The notes under the pieces: model-generated
The model's input: the letters and a program-made list of their open reading frames with translations, nothing else
The model's database searches: none
Told to the model about the DNA's origin: nothing
Source: Bacteroidota bacterium
GTDB taxonomy: Bacteria > Bacteroidota > Bacteroidia > Chitinophagales > Chitinophagaceae
Assembly: GCA_037200265.1 (NCBI GenBank)
Contig: JBBCIL010000016.1
Span: 24,243-88,242 of the forward strand
Length of the DNA: 64,000 bases
Reading direction: 5' to 3'
Shown here: in pieces, positions 55,219 to 64,000 of the stretch
Position numbering within the stretch: the first letter of the stretch is position 1
Layout of the letters: each line of letters starts with the position of its first letter
Translations under genes and position numbers: made by a program

Positions 55219-55929
55219 ATGAATGTCGTTATCACAGGTGCATCAAGAGGTATCGGGAAAGCGGTAGCAGAAATATTCGCAGCAAACGGGTATGATCTTT
55301 ATCTCAGTTCACGCAGCGGGGTGGCTTTGTATAAAACTACGGAAGAACTGGTGACAAGATTTCCTGCCGTAACTATAAAAGCAAAACCTTTTGACCTGGG
55401 TAAAAAAGAGCAGGCGATGGAACTGGGGGCATGGTGCCTGGGTTTTGGCGTGCCTGATATACTTGTCAATAATGCAGGTGTCTTTGAGCCCGGCTCCGTT
55501 TATAATGAACCCGGCGGAGCACTGGAAACCCAGATCGAAACGAATCTATACAGCGCTTATCACCTGACAAGGACATTACTGCCCGCCATGATGGAACGGC
55601 GGTCGCCGGATACAGGACGGCATATCTTTAATATGTGCTCGATCGCTTCATTGCAGGCCTACGATAATGGCGGGGCTTACAGTATCAGCAAATTTGCATT
55701 ATACGGCTTCAGCAAAAACCTGCGTGAAGAAATGAAACCGCATGGCATTAAAGTAACTTCCGTTCACCCCGGCGCTGTCCTCACTGACTCATGGGCTAAT
55801 TATGATAACTCTTCCAAACGTATTATGGAAGCGGCAGATGTGGCTACGTTGATCTTTGCCGCCTCACAGTTGTCTGTACAGGCCTGTGTGGAAGATATCA
55901 TCCTGAGGCCGCAACTGGGCGACCTCTAG
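55219..55929 (+). CDS. SDR family oxidoreductase
   Basis: ITGASRGIGKA, NNAG and YSISKFAL (YxxxK) motifs; 236 aa. Confidence 0.85.
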   Translation: MNVVITGASRGIGKAVAEIFAANGYDLYLSSRSGVALYKTTEELVTRFPAVTIKAKPFDLGKKEQAMELGAWCLGFGVPDILVNNAGVFEPGSVYNEPGGALETQIETNLYSAYHLTRTLLPAMMERRSPDTGRHIFNMCSIASLQAYDNGGAYSISKFALYGFSKNLREEMKPHGIKVTSVHPGAVLTDSWANYDNSSKRIMEAADVATLIFAASQLSVQACVEDIILRPQLGDL

Positions 55930-56004
55930 CCGTTTAAAGTAAATTACTTCCAATTACCAATTTTAATACAGCCTTTGCAAACGCTGGTTTACTTTAGTTG
56001 CCTG

Positions 56005-57768
56005 ATGCGAAAGGTTACGACCATACTATTATTACTTTTCCTGCTTTTGGAGGCAAAGGCACAGGTCATTTTTAAAACGACCGTACAAAAATCAACGGTC
56101 GTGGTCGGGGAATCTTTTTTTGTAGAGTATATGCTGGAGGATATTGAAAAGAATGATGGCTTCAGTACTCCCCATTTCAACGGTCTGCGGCTGGTAACCG
56201 GTCCGAACGTCAATGCCGGAAAAGTAAATAGTCCTGATGGTCCAAAGGCGGTAAAGAATTTTTTGTTTACCCTGGTGGCCCTCAACCCCGGGAAACTTAC
56301 CATACCCGGCGCTACCGCCAGGGTGAATGGCCGTTTTATCAAAAGTGATGATGTGATCATACAGGCTGTAGAAAAAACGGAGAAAAGTGAAACCACTTCT
56401 GAATATTTTTTGCTGCCCGGAGAAGATCCTTACGAAAAGATGCGGAAGAATCTCTTTATGAAAGTGATGGTGGATAAAAGAACCTGCTATATCGGGGAGC
56501 CGGTAGTAGCTACTTTCAAATTGTATTCGCGGCTTCAGTCAAAGTCCGATATCGTGAAGAACCCCGGTTTTTATGGGTTTTCTGTACAGGATATCATCAA
56601 CCTGGATAACAGGATCTCCAATACGGAAATGATTGACGGAAAGATATTTGATGTACACACCATCCGTACAGTGCAGCTATACCCATTGCAGCCCGGTATG
56701 TTCATGATAGATCCTATGGAAGTAATGAATAAGGTGGAGTTTTCAAAAAGTGCGGTGAACAAAAAAACAGAACAGGAGATCGTAGAAGGATATTTTGAAA
56801 AAAAAGAACAACCCAAAAATGATAACAATACCGTTACGTTTGAAAACAGCATCAACACGGAGAAAATAGCCATCAATGTAAAGCCTTACCCGGAAAAAAA
56901 CAGACCGGCTGTTTTCAACGGTGCTACGGGCAATTTTACGATCCATGCTGCGCTGGAAAAAAACGACCTGGCTAAAAATGAAGAAGGCGATCTCATTATC
57001 ACCATTAAAGGAAAAGGGAATTTCTCACAGCTATCAGCGCCGGCTATACAATGGCCCGATGGCATCGAAGGTTTTGATGCGGCGGTAAAAGATTCGCTTG
57101 ACAAAACAAAAGCGCCGCTCTCAGGCACCCGGGTATTCAGGTATCCGTTTGTATCATCGAAACCGGCCAGTTACAGCGTTCCCTCCATTATCTTTTCATT
57201 CTTCAATCCCGATACGGGGAATTATAAGATCGTTTCCACACCGGTCATACAGGTAAATATTACCGGTAAAGAAATGAGATCCGGTACACCCGAACCTGCA
57301 CTGCGCACCACGATCCGGCAACACAAATACTGGATTTTTGCAGGCATCGCTGCCTTGTTTTGCCTTGCAGGGTTAATATGGTATTTGAAAAAAAGAAAGC
57401 CGCCTGTTTTGAAAACCTTCGTTACAAATGAAGAAACAAAAACAGTTGTAGCGATAGATGATTTGCTTGTGCCGGCAGGTATACTTGCACAGGCGGATCA
57501 TAAACAATTCTATTCATTACTGCACCAGGCAGCCTGGCAATTTTTTGCGCTGCATTTCAACCTTTCAGGCAGTGAAATGAAAAAAACCATCCTTTCGGTA
57601 AAACTGGAAACTCATAAGATCAACCCTGCATTGATCGGCGAAGTACATGCCATATTAAATCAGCTGGAAGCAGGCATGTTTACAGATGCGGACTTAGGAT
57701 CAGGTAAAAAAGAATTGCTGGAAAAAACGAGAGTAGTGCTGAAGGCCATTCAGTCAGCTCTTCTTTAA
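56005..57768 (+). CDS. batD: BatD family protein (oxygen-tolerance family)
   Basis: Signal peptide MRKVTTILLLLFLLLEAKAQ, a repeated beta-rich BatD-type domain, a late TM helix (YWIFAGIAALFCLAGLIWYL) and a cytoplasmic tail. Confidence 0.7.
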   Translation: MRKVTTILLLLFLLLEAKAQVIFKTTVQKSTVVVGESFFVEYMLEDIEKNDGFSTPHFNGLRLVTGPNVNAGKVNSPDGPKAVKNFLFTLVALNPGKLTIPGATARVNGRFIKSDDVIIQAVEKTEKSETTSEYFLLPGEDPYEKMRKNLFMKVMVDKRTCYIGEPVVATFKLYSRLQSKSDIVKNPGFYGFSVQDIINLDNRISNTEMIDGKIFDVHTIRTVQLYPLQPGMFMIDPMEVMNKVEFSKSAVNKKTEQEIVEGYFEKKEQPKNDNNTVTFENSINTEKIAINVKPYPEKNRPAVFNGATGNFTIHAALEKNDLAKNEEGDLIITIKGKGNFSQLSAPAIQWPDGIEGFDAAVKDSLDKTKAPLSGTRVFRYPFVSSKPASYSVPSIIFSFFNPDTGNYKIVSTPVIQVNITGKEMRSGTPEPALRTTIRQHKYWIFAGIAALFCLAGLIWYLKKRKPPVLKTFVTNEETKTVVAIDDLLVPAGILAQADHKQFYSLLHQAAWQFFALHFNLSGSEMKKTILSVKLETHKINPALIGEVHAILNQLEAGMFTDADLGSGKKELLEKTRVVLKAIQSALL

Positions 57769-57785
57769 CAAACCGGCACAGGGCC

Positions 57786-58493
57786 TTACTCTGAGTATTT
57801 ATATCCTACTCCTCTTACTGAATGAAAATATTTGGGATTGCGGCTATCCTCTTCAAAGTATTTGCGGAAATTAAGGATGAAATTATCAATCGTTCTCGTA
57901 GTAGGATAAACATTATAGCCCCATACGGCCTGTAATATTTTTTCCCTGGGCACTACTTCATTTTTATTTTCGATCAGCAGCTTGAGCAGCATAGTTTCTT
58001 TTTTGCTCAATTGTATCTTCTGCCCTGCTTTGCTGGTAGCTTCCTGCGCTTTGAAATCAATGATATTATCGCCAAAAGAATAGCTGTTGCCCAGAGAGGT
58101 TTTGTCCTGCAGTTTCTTATTCTTATTGATCAGCTTATGTACCCGCAGTAAAAGCTCTTCGAGGTTGAACGGTTTGGTAAGATAATCATCGGCTCCTTTT
58201 TTAAGACCCAGTACCCTGTCGGCGCTGGTATTTTTTGCGCTCAGGATAAGAATGGGTACTTCGTTATTACTGATACGCACCGTTTCCGTTACGCTGATAC
58301 CATCCATTTCAGGCAGCATCACATCCAGTATGATAAGATCGAAATATTCGGCAGTAACGGCAGTAAGCGCTGCTGCTCCATCATAAACAGACGTTACGTC
58401 ATATCCTTCCAGTTCAAGGTTCAGCTTCAGCGCCTCATGAAGGTTTTCTTCATCTTCTACCAGTAAAATGGATGTTTTTTTCTCTGCACTCAT
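57786..58493 (-). CDS. OmpR/PhoB-type response regulator
   Basis: Receiver domain (LLVEDEE, DLIILDVMLPEMDG, LSAK) and winged-helix output (VRGVGYKY). Confidence 0.88.
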   Translation of the reverse strand: MSAEKKTSILLVEDEENLHEALKLNLELEGYDVTSVYDGAAALTAVTAEYFDLIILDVMLPEMDGISVTETVRISNNEVPILILSAKNTSADRVLGLKKGADDYLTKPFNLEELLLRVHKLINKNKKLQDKTSLGNSYSFGDNIIDFKAQEATSKAGQKIQLSKKETMLLKLLIENKNEVVPREKILQAVWGYNVYPTTRTIDNFILNFRKYFEEDSRNPKYFHSVRGVGYKYSE

Positions 58494-59488
58494 ATCTTAA
58501 AAGTGACCGCGAAATTACTGCCGCGGGGTGTATTGTTTGTCACCGAAATGTCGGCATTATGATCACGGGCTATCTTACTGCAAAGATAAAGCCCCAATCC
58601 TGTACCCTGTGTTTTACGTGTAGATTCATTACCGATACGGTAAAATTTGCTGAATATCTTTTTCTTTTCCTCTTCGGCAATACCCTGTCCTTCATCAATG
58701 ACCTGCAGTTGTACTGTTTGCCCATCCTTCTTCAACCTGGCCAGCACCGGCGTTTCCTTAGGCGCATACTTGACAGCATTTTCGAGCAGGTTGTTCACCA
58801 TCATCTGCAAAAGCAGTGCATCTCCTTTTATATCCACGCCCTGTTCTATCTGCGATTGAAATTCTCTTTCCGGAAAACGGGTTTTAAAATCATGTATACA
58901 ATCCTTCAGAAGATCGGAAAGATCCAATTCTTCTTTGGAGAACTGGTAGCCTCCTCCTTCCAGTTGAGAAGCGATCAGGATATTATTGGTCAGAAAATTA
59001 AGTCTTGATGTTTCTTTCAGCATTACACCCTGCAATTTTTTCTGCTTCTCTGCATCCAGCGAATACTTCTGCATGGTTTCCAGGTTGAGCTTGATGACGG
59101 AGATCGGTGTCTTAAGCTCATGGGTAACGGCCATCATAAAATTTTGCTGCTGGTACTGTATGTAAAACTGCCGGCGTACGGAACGGTATACAAAAGCGGC
59201 GCCTACCAGTATCAGTAAAAGGAAGATACTGCCCTCGCCGATATACTTGGTGCTGTTTCGTTTAAATTCCGCGTTTATCTTTTGAAGTTCCGTAGTATAT
59301 AAACCCGGACTTATAAGACTGTCCACCATGGAATTCAATTGCGTTGTTTCCAGCTTTTTCATGGCCTCATTCTGCTTTTCGAGCGTAATGAACCACCATA
59401 CGAGAGCGGCAACGATATAAATAAGAAGGGTCCAGTAAAGGATAGTGGCCCGGCGTAACTTTTTCTTTCTTACATCGGTGATAGCCAT
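58490..59488 (-). CDS. Sensor histidine kinase (two TM helices, HisKA plus HATPase_c)
   Basis: H-box MAVTHELKTPISV, N-box LLENAVKYA, G-boxes DEGQGI and GTGLGL. Its stop overlaps the regulator start (ATGA at 58490-58493). Confidence 0.85.
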   Translation of the reverse strand: MAITDVRKKKLRRATILYWTLLIYIVAALVWWFITLEKQNEAMKKLETTQLNSMVDSLISPGLYTTELQKINAEFKRNSTKYIGEGSIFLLLILVGAAFVYRSVRRQFYIQYQQQNFMMAVTHELKTPISVIKLNLETMQKYSLDAEKQKKLQGVMLKETSRLNFLTNNILIASQLEGGGYQFSKEELDLSDLLKDCIHDFKTRFPEREFQSQIEQGVDIKGDALLLQMMVNNLLENAVKYAPKETPVLARLKKDGQTVQLQVIDEGQGIAEEEKKKIFSKFYRIGNESTRKTQGTGLGLYLCSKIARDHNADISVTNNTPRGSNFAVTFKI

Positions 59489-59489
59489 G

Positions 59490-59972
59490 TTACTGTTTCT
59501 TTTCTATGCGGATACCTACATCTAATACATTACGGAGAGGATTTTCTCTCATGATCTGTTCTACTTTGAATGTATAATTACCGGCTTTCAGGTATTTGGG
59601 TTTATCCAGTTCGATCCGGTGTTCATAAATATCATCCATGCCTGTAGCTTTCCATCCGCCTTCGTTATTGGCAAGCTCAAGGTCCAGCAGGTATTTCTGT
59701 GCGGTATCCTGTCCAGGGCCTTTTACATACAGGTTTATGTAAATGTTATTGAAATTGTATTTCTCGTTATGCCGTAATACCAGGTAAGGCTGGTAGTATT
59801 GGGTAGTATCTTTTATGGTAAAATCAAAAGCCGGCTGAAAGCTGCTTTGCCAGGCATGCCCGGGAACAGGTACCGTTTTTTCATAAAGGTCAACAGTGGT
59901 GCAGGATACAGCCAGCAGCAACGAGCTATAAGCTGCCAGCAGATAAAAACGAATCATCTTTATGCTTTTCAA
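59490..59972 (-). CDS. gldH: Gliding motility lipoprotein GldH
   Basis: Lipobox LLLAVSC, YNFNNIYINLYV and VLDVGIRIE resemble F. johnsoniae GldH; 160 aa. Confidence 0.75.
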   Translation of the reverse strand: MKSIKMIRFYLLAAYSSLLLAVSCTTVDLYEKTVPVPGHAWQSSFQPAFDFTIKDTTQYYQPYLVLRHNEKYNFNNIYINLYVKGPGQDTAQKYLLDLELANNEGGWKATGMDDIYEHRIELDKPKYLKAGNYTFKVEQIMRENPLRNVLDVGIRIEKKQ

Positions 59973-60031
59973 AAAAAGAATTTCTCAAAGGTAACTAAGA
60001 AAAAATGATATTGAGTGGCTCCGGCTTTCTC

Positions 60032-60907
60032 TTACAATACATTCAGCACCTGTTCCTTTGCCTTTTCCAGTTCATCTTTCATCAGCACCACGCATTTCTG
60101 AATAGTAGAATCGTATGCTTTGGAGCCGGTAGTATTAATCTCCCGGCCTATTTCCTGGAGAATAAAAGAGAGTTTTTTACCTTTTGATTCTTCTGCTTCG
60201 CTCAGCAGGGTCAGAAAATAGTTGCAATGGTTCTTTAACCTTACCTGTTCTTCGGTAATATCTATTTTCTCTATATAATAGATAAGTTCCTGCTCCAGCC
60301 GGTTACCATCATAGTTTTCTTTGCCTACATTGTCTTCGAGCAGCCGGGTGATGCCCTCCCGTATCTTTTGCTGGCGCAAAGGCTCCAGTTTGATCACCTC
60401 ATCCTGTTGCTTTACTATATTACCAATACGCGTAATGAGGTCATCTTCCAGCACTTTGCCTTCATTAAGCCGGTGAGCATTGAGATTACTGATCGCCTGC
60501 AGTAAAACTTTTTTAAAATCGCCCCATTCTTCATCAGTGAGTGTTTCACTGCTGGGTGTTATTACTTCCGGCAGTTTTACCAGTGTGCTCAGGATATGTG
60601 AAGGGTCGAGGTTAAGTGCGGCAGACAATTCGGCGAGTGGTTTATAATATGCCCTGGCGAGGTCTGTATTAATAGTAACGGGTTTGGCACTGCCGGTATC
60701 TTTCAGGCTGATATTGCAATCCACGCTTCCCCGTGCCAGCTTCTCGGAAAGCATCCTGCGGATATCAAACTCAAATGGCCTGAGAATGGAAGGCAGTTTC
60801 AGCGATAGTTCAAATTGCTTTCCGTTCAGGGATTTGATATCAACCAGGAAAGTCTTATCGCCCACATTTTTTTCGGCCCTTCCAAAACCGGTCATTGATT
60901 TCAGCAT
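60032..60907 (-). CDS. yicC: YicC/YloC family endoribonuclease
   Basis: MLKSMTGFGRAE start and C-terminal EIGREINTTGSKA plus KDELEKAKEQVLNV (DUF1732). Confidence 0.85.
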   Translation of the reverse strand: MLKSMTGFGRAEKNVGDKTFLVDIKSLNGKQFELSLKLPSILRPFEFDIRRMLSEKLARGSVDCNISLKDTGSAKPVTINTDLARAYYKPLAELSAALNLDPSHILSTLVKLPEVITPSSETLTDEEWGDFKKVLLQAISNLNAHRLNEGKVLEDDLITRIGNIVKQQDEVIKLEPLRQQKIREGITRLLEDNVGKENYDGNRLEQELIYYIEKIDITEEQVRLKNHCNYFLTLLSEAEESKGKKLSFILQEIGREINTTGSKAYDSTIQKCVVLMKDELEKAKEQVLNVL

Positions 60908-61474
60908 GGATATTTTTTTATTGAGGGTAAAGGTATTTGAATTATTGTATTTCAACCCAGCTATTATAAACCGCAGTTAGCGCATACCGGGAGATCATTA
61001 ACAATGATTGGAAGAGATAAATGCAAAAAAAATCCCCTCGAAGAATCGAAGGGAACATTTATATAGATGGGTTAGTAAGTACAGGAAATAAATTTCCTTC
61101 CACAATATTAAATATATTTTTTACTATCCAAAAAATATTTTAGTAAAATTTTATTCACATTTTCATTCATACTGTGGATAGGGATACCGGTTTTTACAGG
61201 TTGCCGGATGCGATCAGCGATTCGCTGTTACATCAATTACAATACAATTACTTTTATCAAATCAATGAAACCCTTACACCGTAAGCATTTCAGCAATACA
61301 ACATATACACACGAATAAATGAATGCTATTGATCTTTCTTTTATTTCAATCTATAATGAAGATGATTCTTTGTTAATAAAGCCTTTCCCCCGTCTGAAAA
61401 AAAATTTCCGGAAATCACCACCTAAACCCCGCAAACAGGTGTTTTTAATATATAATGACCAATTTGCCGCTTAT

Positions 61475-61482
61475 TACCTTTG
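61475..61482 (+). promoter_or_regulatory. Candidate -7 promoter box (TAnnTTTG) upstream of lpxD
   Basis: TACCTTTG lies 16 nt upstream of the ATG at 61498. Confidence 0.3.
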
Positions 61483-61497
61483 TCAAAATTTGATCGT

Positions 61498-62448
61498 ATG
61501 CGTTTTGACAAACCTGTTTCGCTGAAACAAATAGCACAACTGATCCATGCTGAACTGGCAGGAAACATTACCGCTATGGCAACCGGCATTAACGAGATAC
61601 ATAAGGTAGAAGAAGGCGACCTGGCATTTGTAGATCATCCGAAATACTATGATACCTGTATCCATTCTGCTGCCAGTTTTATCATTATCAATAAAAAAGT
61701 TGATTTTCCCGAGGGCAAAGCGCTGCTGATAACAGAGGAGCCTTTTGAAGCTTACTTAGCAATCATTGATCACTTCAGGCCATTTGCTCCTTCTATGAAA
61801 ATGATCAGCGATACAGCATTGATAGGAAGCGGAACGGTGATCATGCCCAATGCCTGTATCGGCAACCACGTATCTATCGGGAATAATTGTATCATTCATC
61901 CTAATGTAACCATCCTCGATCATGTTGTTATCGGCGATAATGTTATCATCCAGGCAGGCACGGTTATCGGCAGCGATGCTTTCTATTATAATAAAAAGAC
62001 CAGCCGGGATGTACACTATAAAAAGATGACCAGTTGCGGCCGGGTGGTCATTGAAGATGCCGTAGAGATCGGCGCCGGTTGTACGATTGACCGTGGTGTG
62101 ACGGGTGATACGCTTATCGGCGCCGGTACTAAAATGGATAACCTGGTACATATTGGTCATGATACTACTGTTGGCAAGAATTGCCTGTTTGCAGCACAGG
62201 TAGGTATAGCAGGCGCTACCATCATTGAAGACAATGTTACTCTCTGGGGCCAAGTAGGTGTAAGCAAAACATTAACGATAGGAGAAGGCGCTGTTGTATA
62301 TGCCCAGAGCGGGGTCAAAGATTCTATTGCCGGTAAGAAAGTATATTTCGGTTCGCCCGTTCAGGATGCAAAGGAGAAGATGAAAGAGTTTGTCTGGATA
62401 AAACGTATCCCCGAGTTGTGGGAGAAGGTGATGGGGAGGAAGGGTTAG
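61498..62448 (+). CDS. lpxD: UDP-3-O-acylglucosamine N-acyltransferase LpxD
   Basis: Starts MRFDKPVSLKQIAQLI, followed by left-handed beta-helix hexapeptide repeats (IGNHVSIGNNCIIHPNVTI...) and HIGHDTTVG. Confidence 0.85.
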   Translation: MRFDKPVSLKQIAQLIHAELAGNITAMATGINEIHKVEEGDLAFVDHPKYYDTCIHSAASFIIINKKVDFPEGKALLITEEPFEAYLAIIDHFRPFAPSMKMISDTALIGSGTVIMPNACIGNHVSIGNNCIIHPNVTILDHVVIGDNVIIQAGTVIGSDAFYYNKKTSRDVHYKKMTSCGRVVIEDAVEIGAGCTIDRGVTGDTLIGAGTKMDNLVHIGHDTTVGKNCLFAAQVGIAGATIIEDNVTLWGQVGVSKTLTIGEGAVVYAQSGVKDSIAGKKVYFGSPVQDAKEKMKEFVWIKRIPELWEKVMGRKG

Positions 62449-62450
62449 CG

Positions 62451-62588
62451 CGTTTAATGGTTTAAATCGTTTAAGGTTTTTCAAACCTGATACAGTCATT
62501 GCAGGTAAGCTTGCATCAATTATAGGGTTTACAAGCTATGATAAAAAAAGATACTGCTATACCTTTAAACGATTTGAACCCTTAAACG
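62451..62588. repeat. Long word hairpin of the TTTAAAGG family (W3), filling the convergent intergenic region
   Basis: Left arm cgtttaatggtttaaatcgtttaaggt (62451-62477) pairs with right arm acctttaaacgatttgaacccttaaacg (62561-62588) at about 25 of 27 positions with one bulge. The 83-nt loop contains cattgcaggtaagcttgcat. Confidence 0.7.
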
Positions 62589-62598
62589 TCAAAAAAAA

Positions 62599-63672
62599 CT
62601 ACGGTGCATAATCATACGGCAACTGGTCTGCTAAATTCTTCCAGCTCCAGTATCCCTGGTTGATCCAGTCTTTCTGCTCGTAGAAGTATCCGTTTTCTTT
62701 GATAGCAATACCATCCGTCAATACGATATAAGATATCTGTGCAGCTACATTTTTTGGCAGCTTGAACTTCTTCAGGTATTCGGGATCAGGTTTTTGTTTG
62801 GCGTAGGTAACGCTGAACTTTCGCGGGTACCATATCTCTATCTGCCCTGTGCTGTCCAAAGCGCCGTAATATGTCGTATCATACACATCTTCGACCTTGT
62901 TGAATTTAGTATCATTATTCTCATCCAGCATAGCAATAATAAACCCGTCTTCCACTAATGTGCTGTCGTAATAACTGCGCATAAAATGCAGCTTGGAACC
63001 ATTGTAAGCATTTAGCCGGCTGAAATACCAGGCTTTTTTCAGGCTGTCATTTCCTTCCATTTCCGAATAGAGGCAATAACCACGGTATAAGTTAATATCT
63101 GTATTATAATGATACATGAATGAATCAAGCTGAAAACGCATATTATAACCCAATGCCCGGTTCTCTATCTGCAACGGCTCGGTAGCCAGTACTCTCAGCT
63201 TATTGCTTTTTTTAAGAAAATAGAATTTCAGTACTTCGGGATTCTTCAATACACATTTCGCGGCATTGGGAGTAGTGCCAATAAAATGCTCCAGGAAAAA
63301 GCTTCCATATTTTTCCCACCCGTCTTTTACTTCATTGCTGCTTTTTATTATTACTTCACCAAGGCTCTTATCTTCTTTTATCATTTCAATATCAGGTATC
63401 CTGCTATCTGAATGACTTATTTGCAACTGCTTTGTCTGGTAACCGGTATATGAAATGATCAGTTCATATCCACCGGATTTTAACTGGAGAGAAAATCCTC
63501 CCTGCTTATCCGTAGCTGTACCGATGGTAGTATTCTGGCAAAAAACAGAAGCGCCTCCGAGTGGTTCTTTGGTAGCAGAATCAATGATCTTACCTGTGAC
63601 AGTAAATTGCGCCGTAGCGGCAAAGGAAGATACCAGTAACAGTAAAACAAAGAAGTGACGGAGTTTTCGCAT
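62599..63672 (-). CDS. Carboxypeptidase-like regulatory domain-containing secreted protein
   Basis: A signal peptide is followed by FTVTGKIIDSATKEPLGGASVFCQNTTIGTATDKQGGFSL (CarboxypepD_reg fold); 357 aa intact. Confidence 0.65.
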   Translation of the reverse strand: MRKLRHFFVLLLLVSSFAATAQFTVTGKIIDSATKEPLGGASVFCQNTTIGTATDKQGGFSLQLKSGGYELIISYTGYQTKQLQISHSDSRIPDIEMIKEDKSLGEVIIKSSNEVKDGWEKYGSFFLEHFIGTTPNAAKCVLKNPEVLKFYFLKKSNKLRVLATEPLQIENRALGYNMRFQLDSFMYHYNTDINLYRGYCLYSEMEGNDSLKKAWYFSRLNAYNGSKLHFMRSYYDSTLVEDGFIIAMLDENNDTKFNKVEDVYDTTYYGALDSTGQIEIWYPRKFSVTYAKQKPDPEYLKKFKLPKNVAAQISYIVLTDGIAIKENGYFYEQKDWINQGYWSWKNLADQLPYDYAP

Positions 63673-63781
63673 AGTTATTGAATTGACGGATAAAGGTACA
63701 ATTTGAAAGGCGTTGGCTATATAGTAATTATGCCCGGGAAATCACTTTTACACACCTCTTCCCCTTTCGTAAATCCCTTAG

Positions 63782-64000
63782 CTAAAGCTGTGCCATATAT
63801 TTTGTACAGGCTTGCCCGATCGTCTTTTCCAGCGGTGTAAAAGTGAATTGGGGGAATGCCCTGAGAAATTTCTCATTTTCGAAATACGTTTTACTGACAG
63901 CCACTTTAGCGCTTTCTTTGGTAAGCAACGGTTTTTTGCCTGTAAAAAATGATATCAATTTCTCGGCCCGCCAGGCAATATTGAGCAAAAAAGGTGAAGC
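63782..64000 (-). CDS. C-terminal part of an NAD-dependent epimerase/dehydratase (SDR-like) family protein; 5' end lies outside the window
   Basis: The open frame runs to the window edge and ends TFTPLEKTIGQACTKYMAQL. The family call is weak. Confidence 0.4.
   Translation of the reverse strand, partial: ASPFLLNIAWRAEKLISFFTGKKPLLTKESAKVAVSKTYFENEKFLRAFPQFTFTPLEKTIGQACTKYMAQL

Noticed and set aside
61319-61525. 68-aa ORF in the AT-rich gap upstream of lpxD.
   Set aside because: It is low-complexity, overlaps the lpxD start in another frame, and has no supporting motif.
1-64000. Searched by eye for CRISPR arrays, tRNA T-loop signatures (GTTCGAATC-like), rRNA, transposase, integrase or phage genes, toxin-antitoxin pairs, restriction or defence genes, and biosynthetic clusters.
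   Set aside because: Nothing convincing was found. All repeats present are short intergenic hairpins or two-copy tandem duplications, and all recognisable proteins are housekeeping or envelope functions.

Overview
This is a 64-kb chromosomal window from a Bacteroidota genome. The lineage call rests on gliding-motility genes gldE, gldD and gldH, a SusC/SusD pair, BatD, and TAnnTTTG-type promoter boxes; a Chitinophagia/Sphingobacteriia-like lineage is inference only. Gene content is almost entirely housekeeping: mutY, ssb, purH, comEC, carB, tadA, gatB, alaS, ftsH, rsfS, birA, lpxH, lpxD, dusB, cdsA, psd, yicC, peroxiredoxins, M23 peptidases and a two-component system. I found no CRISPR array, tRNA or rRNA gene, transposase, integrase, prophage, recognisable defence island or biosynthetic cluster.

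The unusual signals are structural:
1. From position 1 to about 47,770, about 39 of 43 recognisable genes are split across several reading frames, including individually essential ones. All 17 genes from 47,812 to 64,000 are intact. The switch coincides with a repeat hairpin.
2. Three larger lesions lie inside the damaged block. They are a junction fusing the 5' 60 percent of gatB to a 5'-truncated susC (about 25,465), a perfect 53-bp tandem duplication inside alaS (30,744-30,849), and a perfect 24-bp x2 tandem repeat in the alaS/M23 intergenic region.
3. There is a family of intergenic hairpins whose arms are built from short repeated words (CACAAAG, TTTAAAGG, others). Six of eight loops share a TGCAG core (TTGCAG in five, ATGCAG in one). 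One hairpin carries a degraded GxxExxY ORF in its loop.

The frameshift block is most economically explained as a consensus or polishing artefact, but the larger lesions are not typical base-calling errors and need read-level checking. All coordinates of frameshifted genes are hand-stitched from the ORF track and are approximate at the ends.
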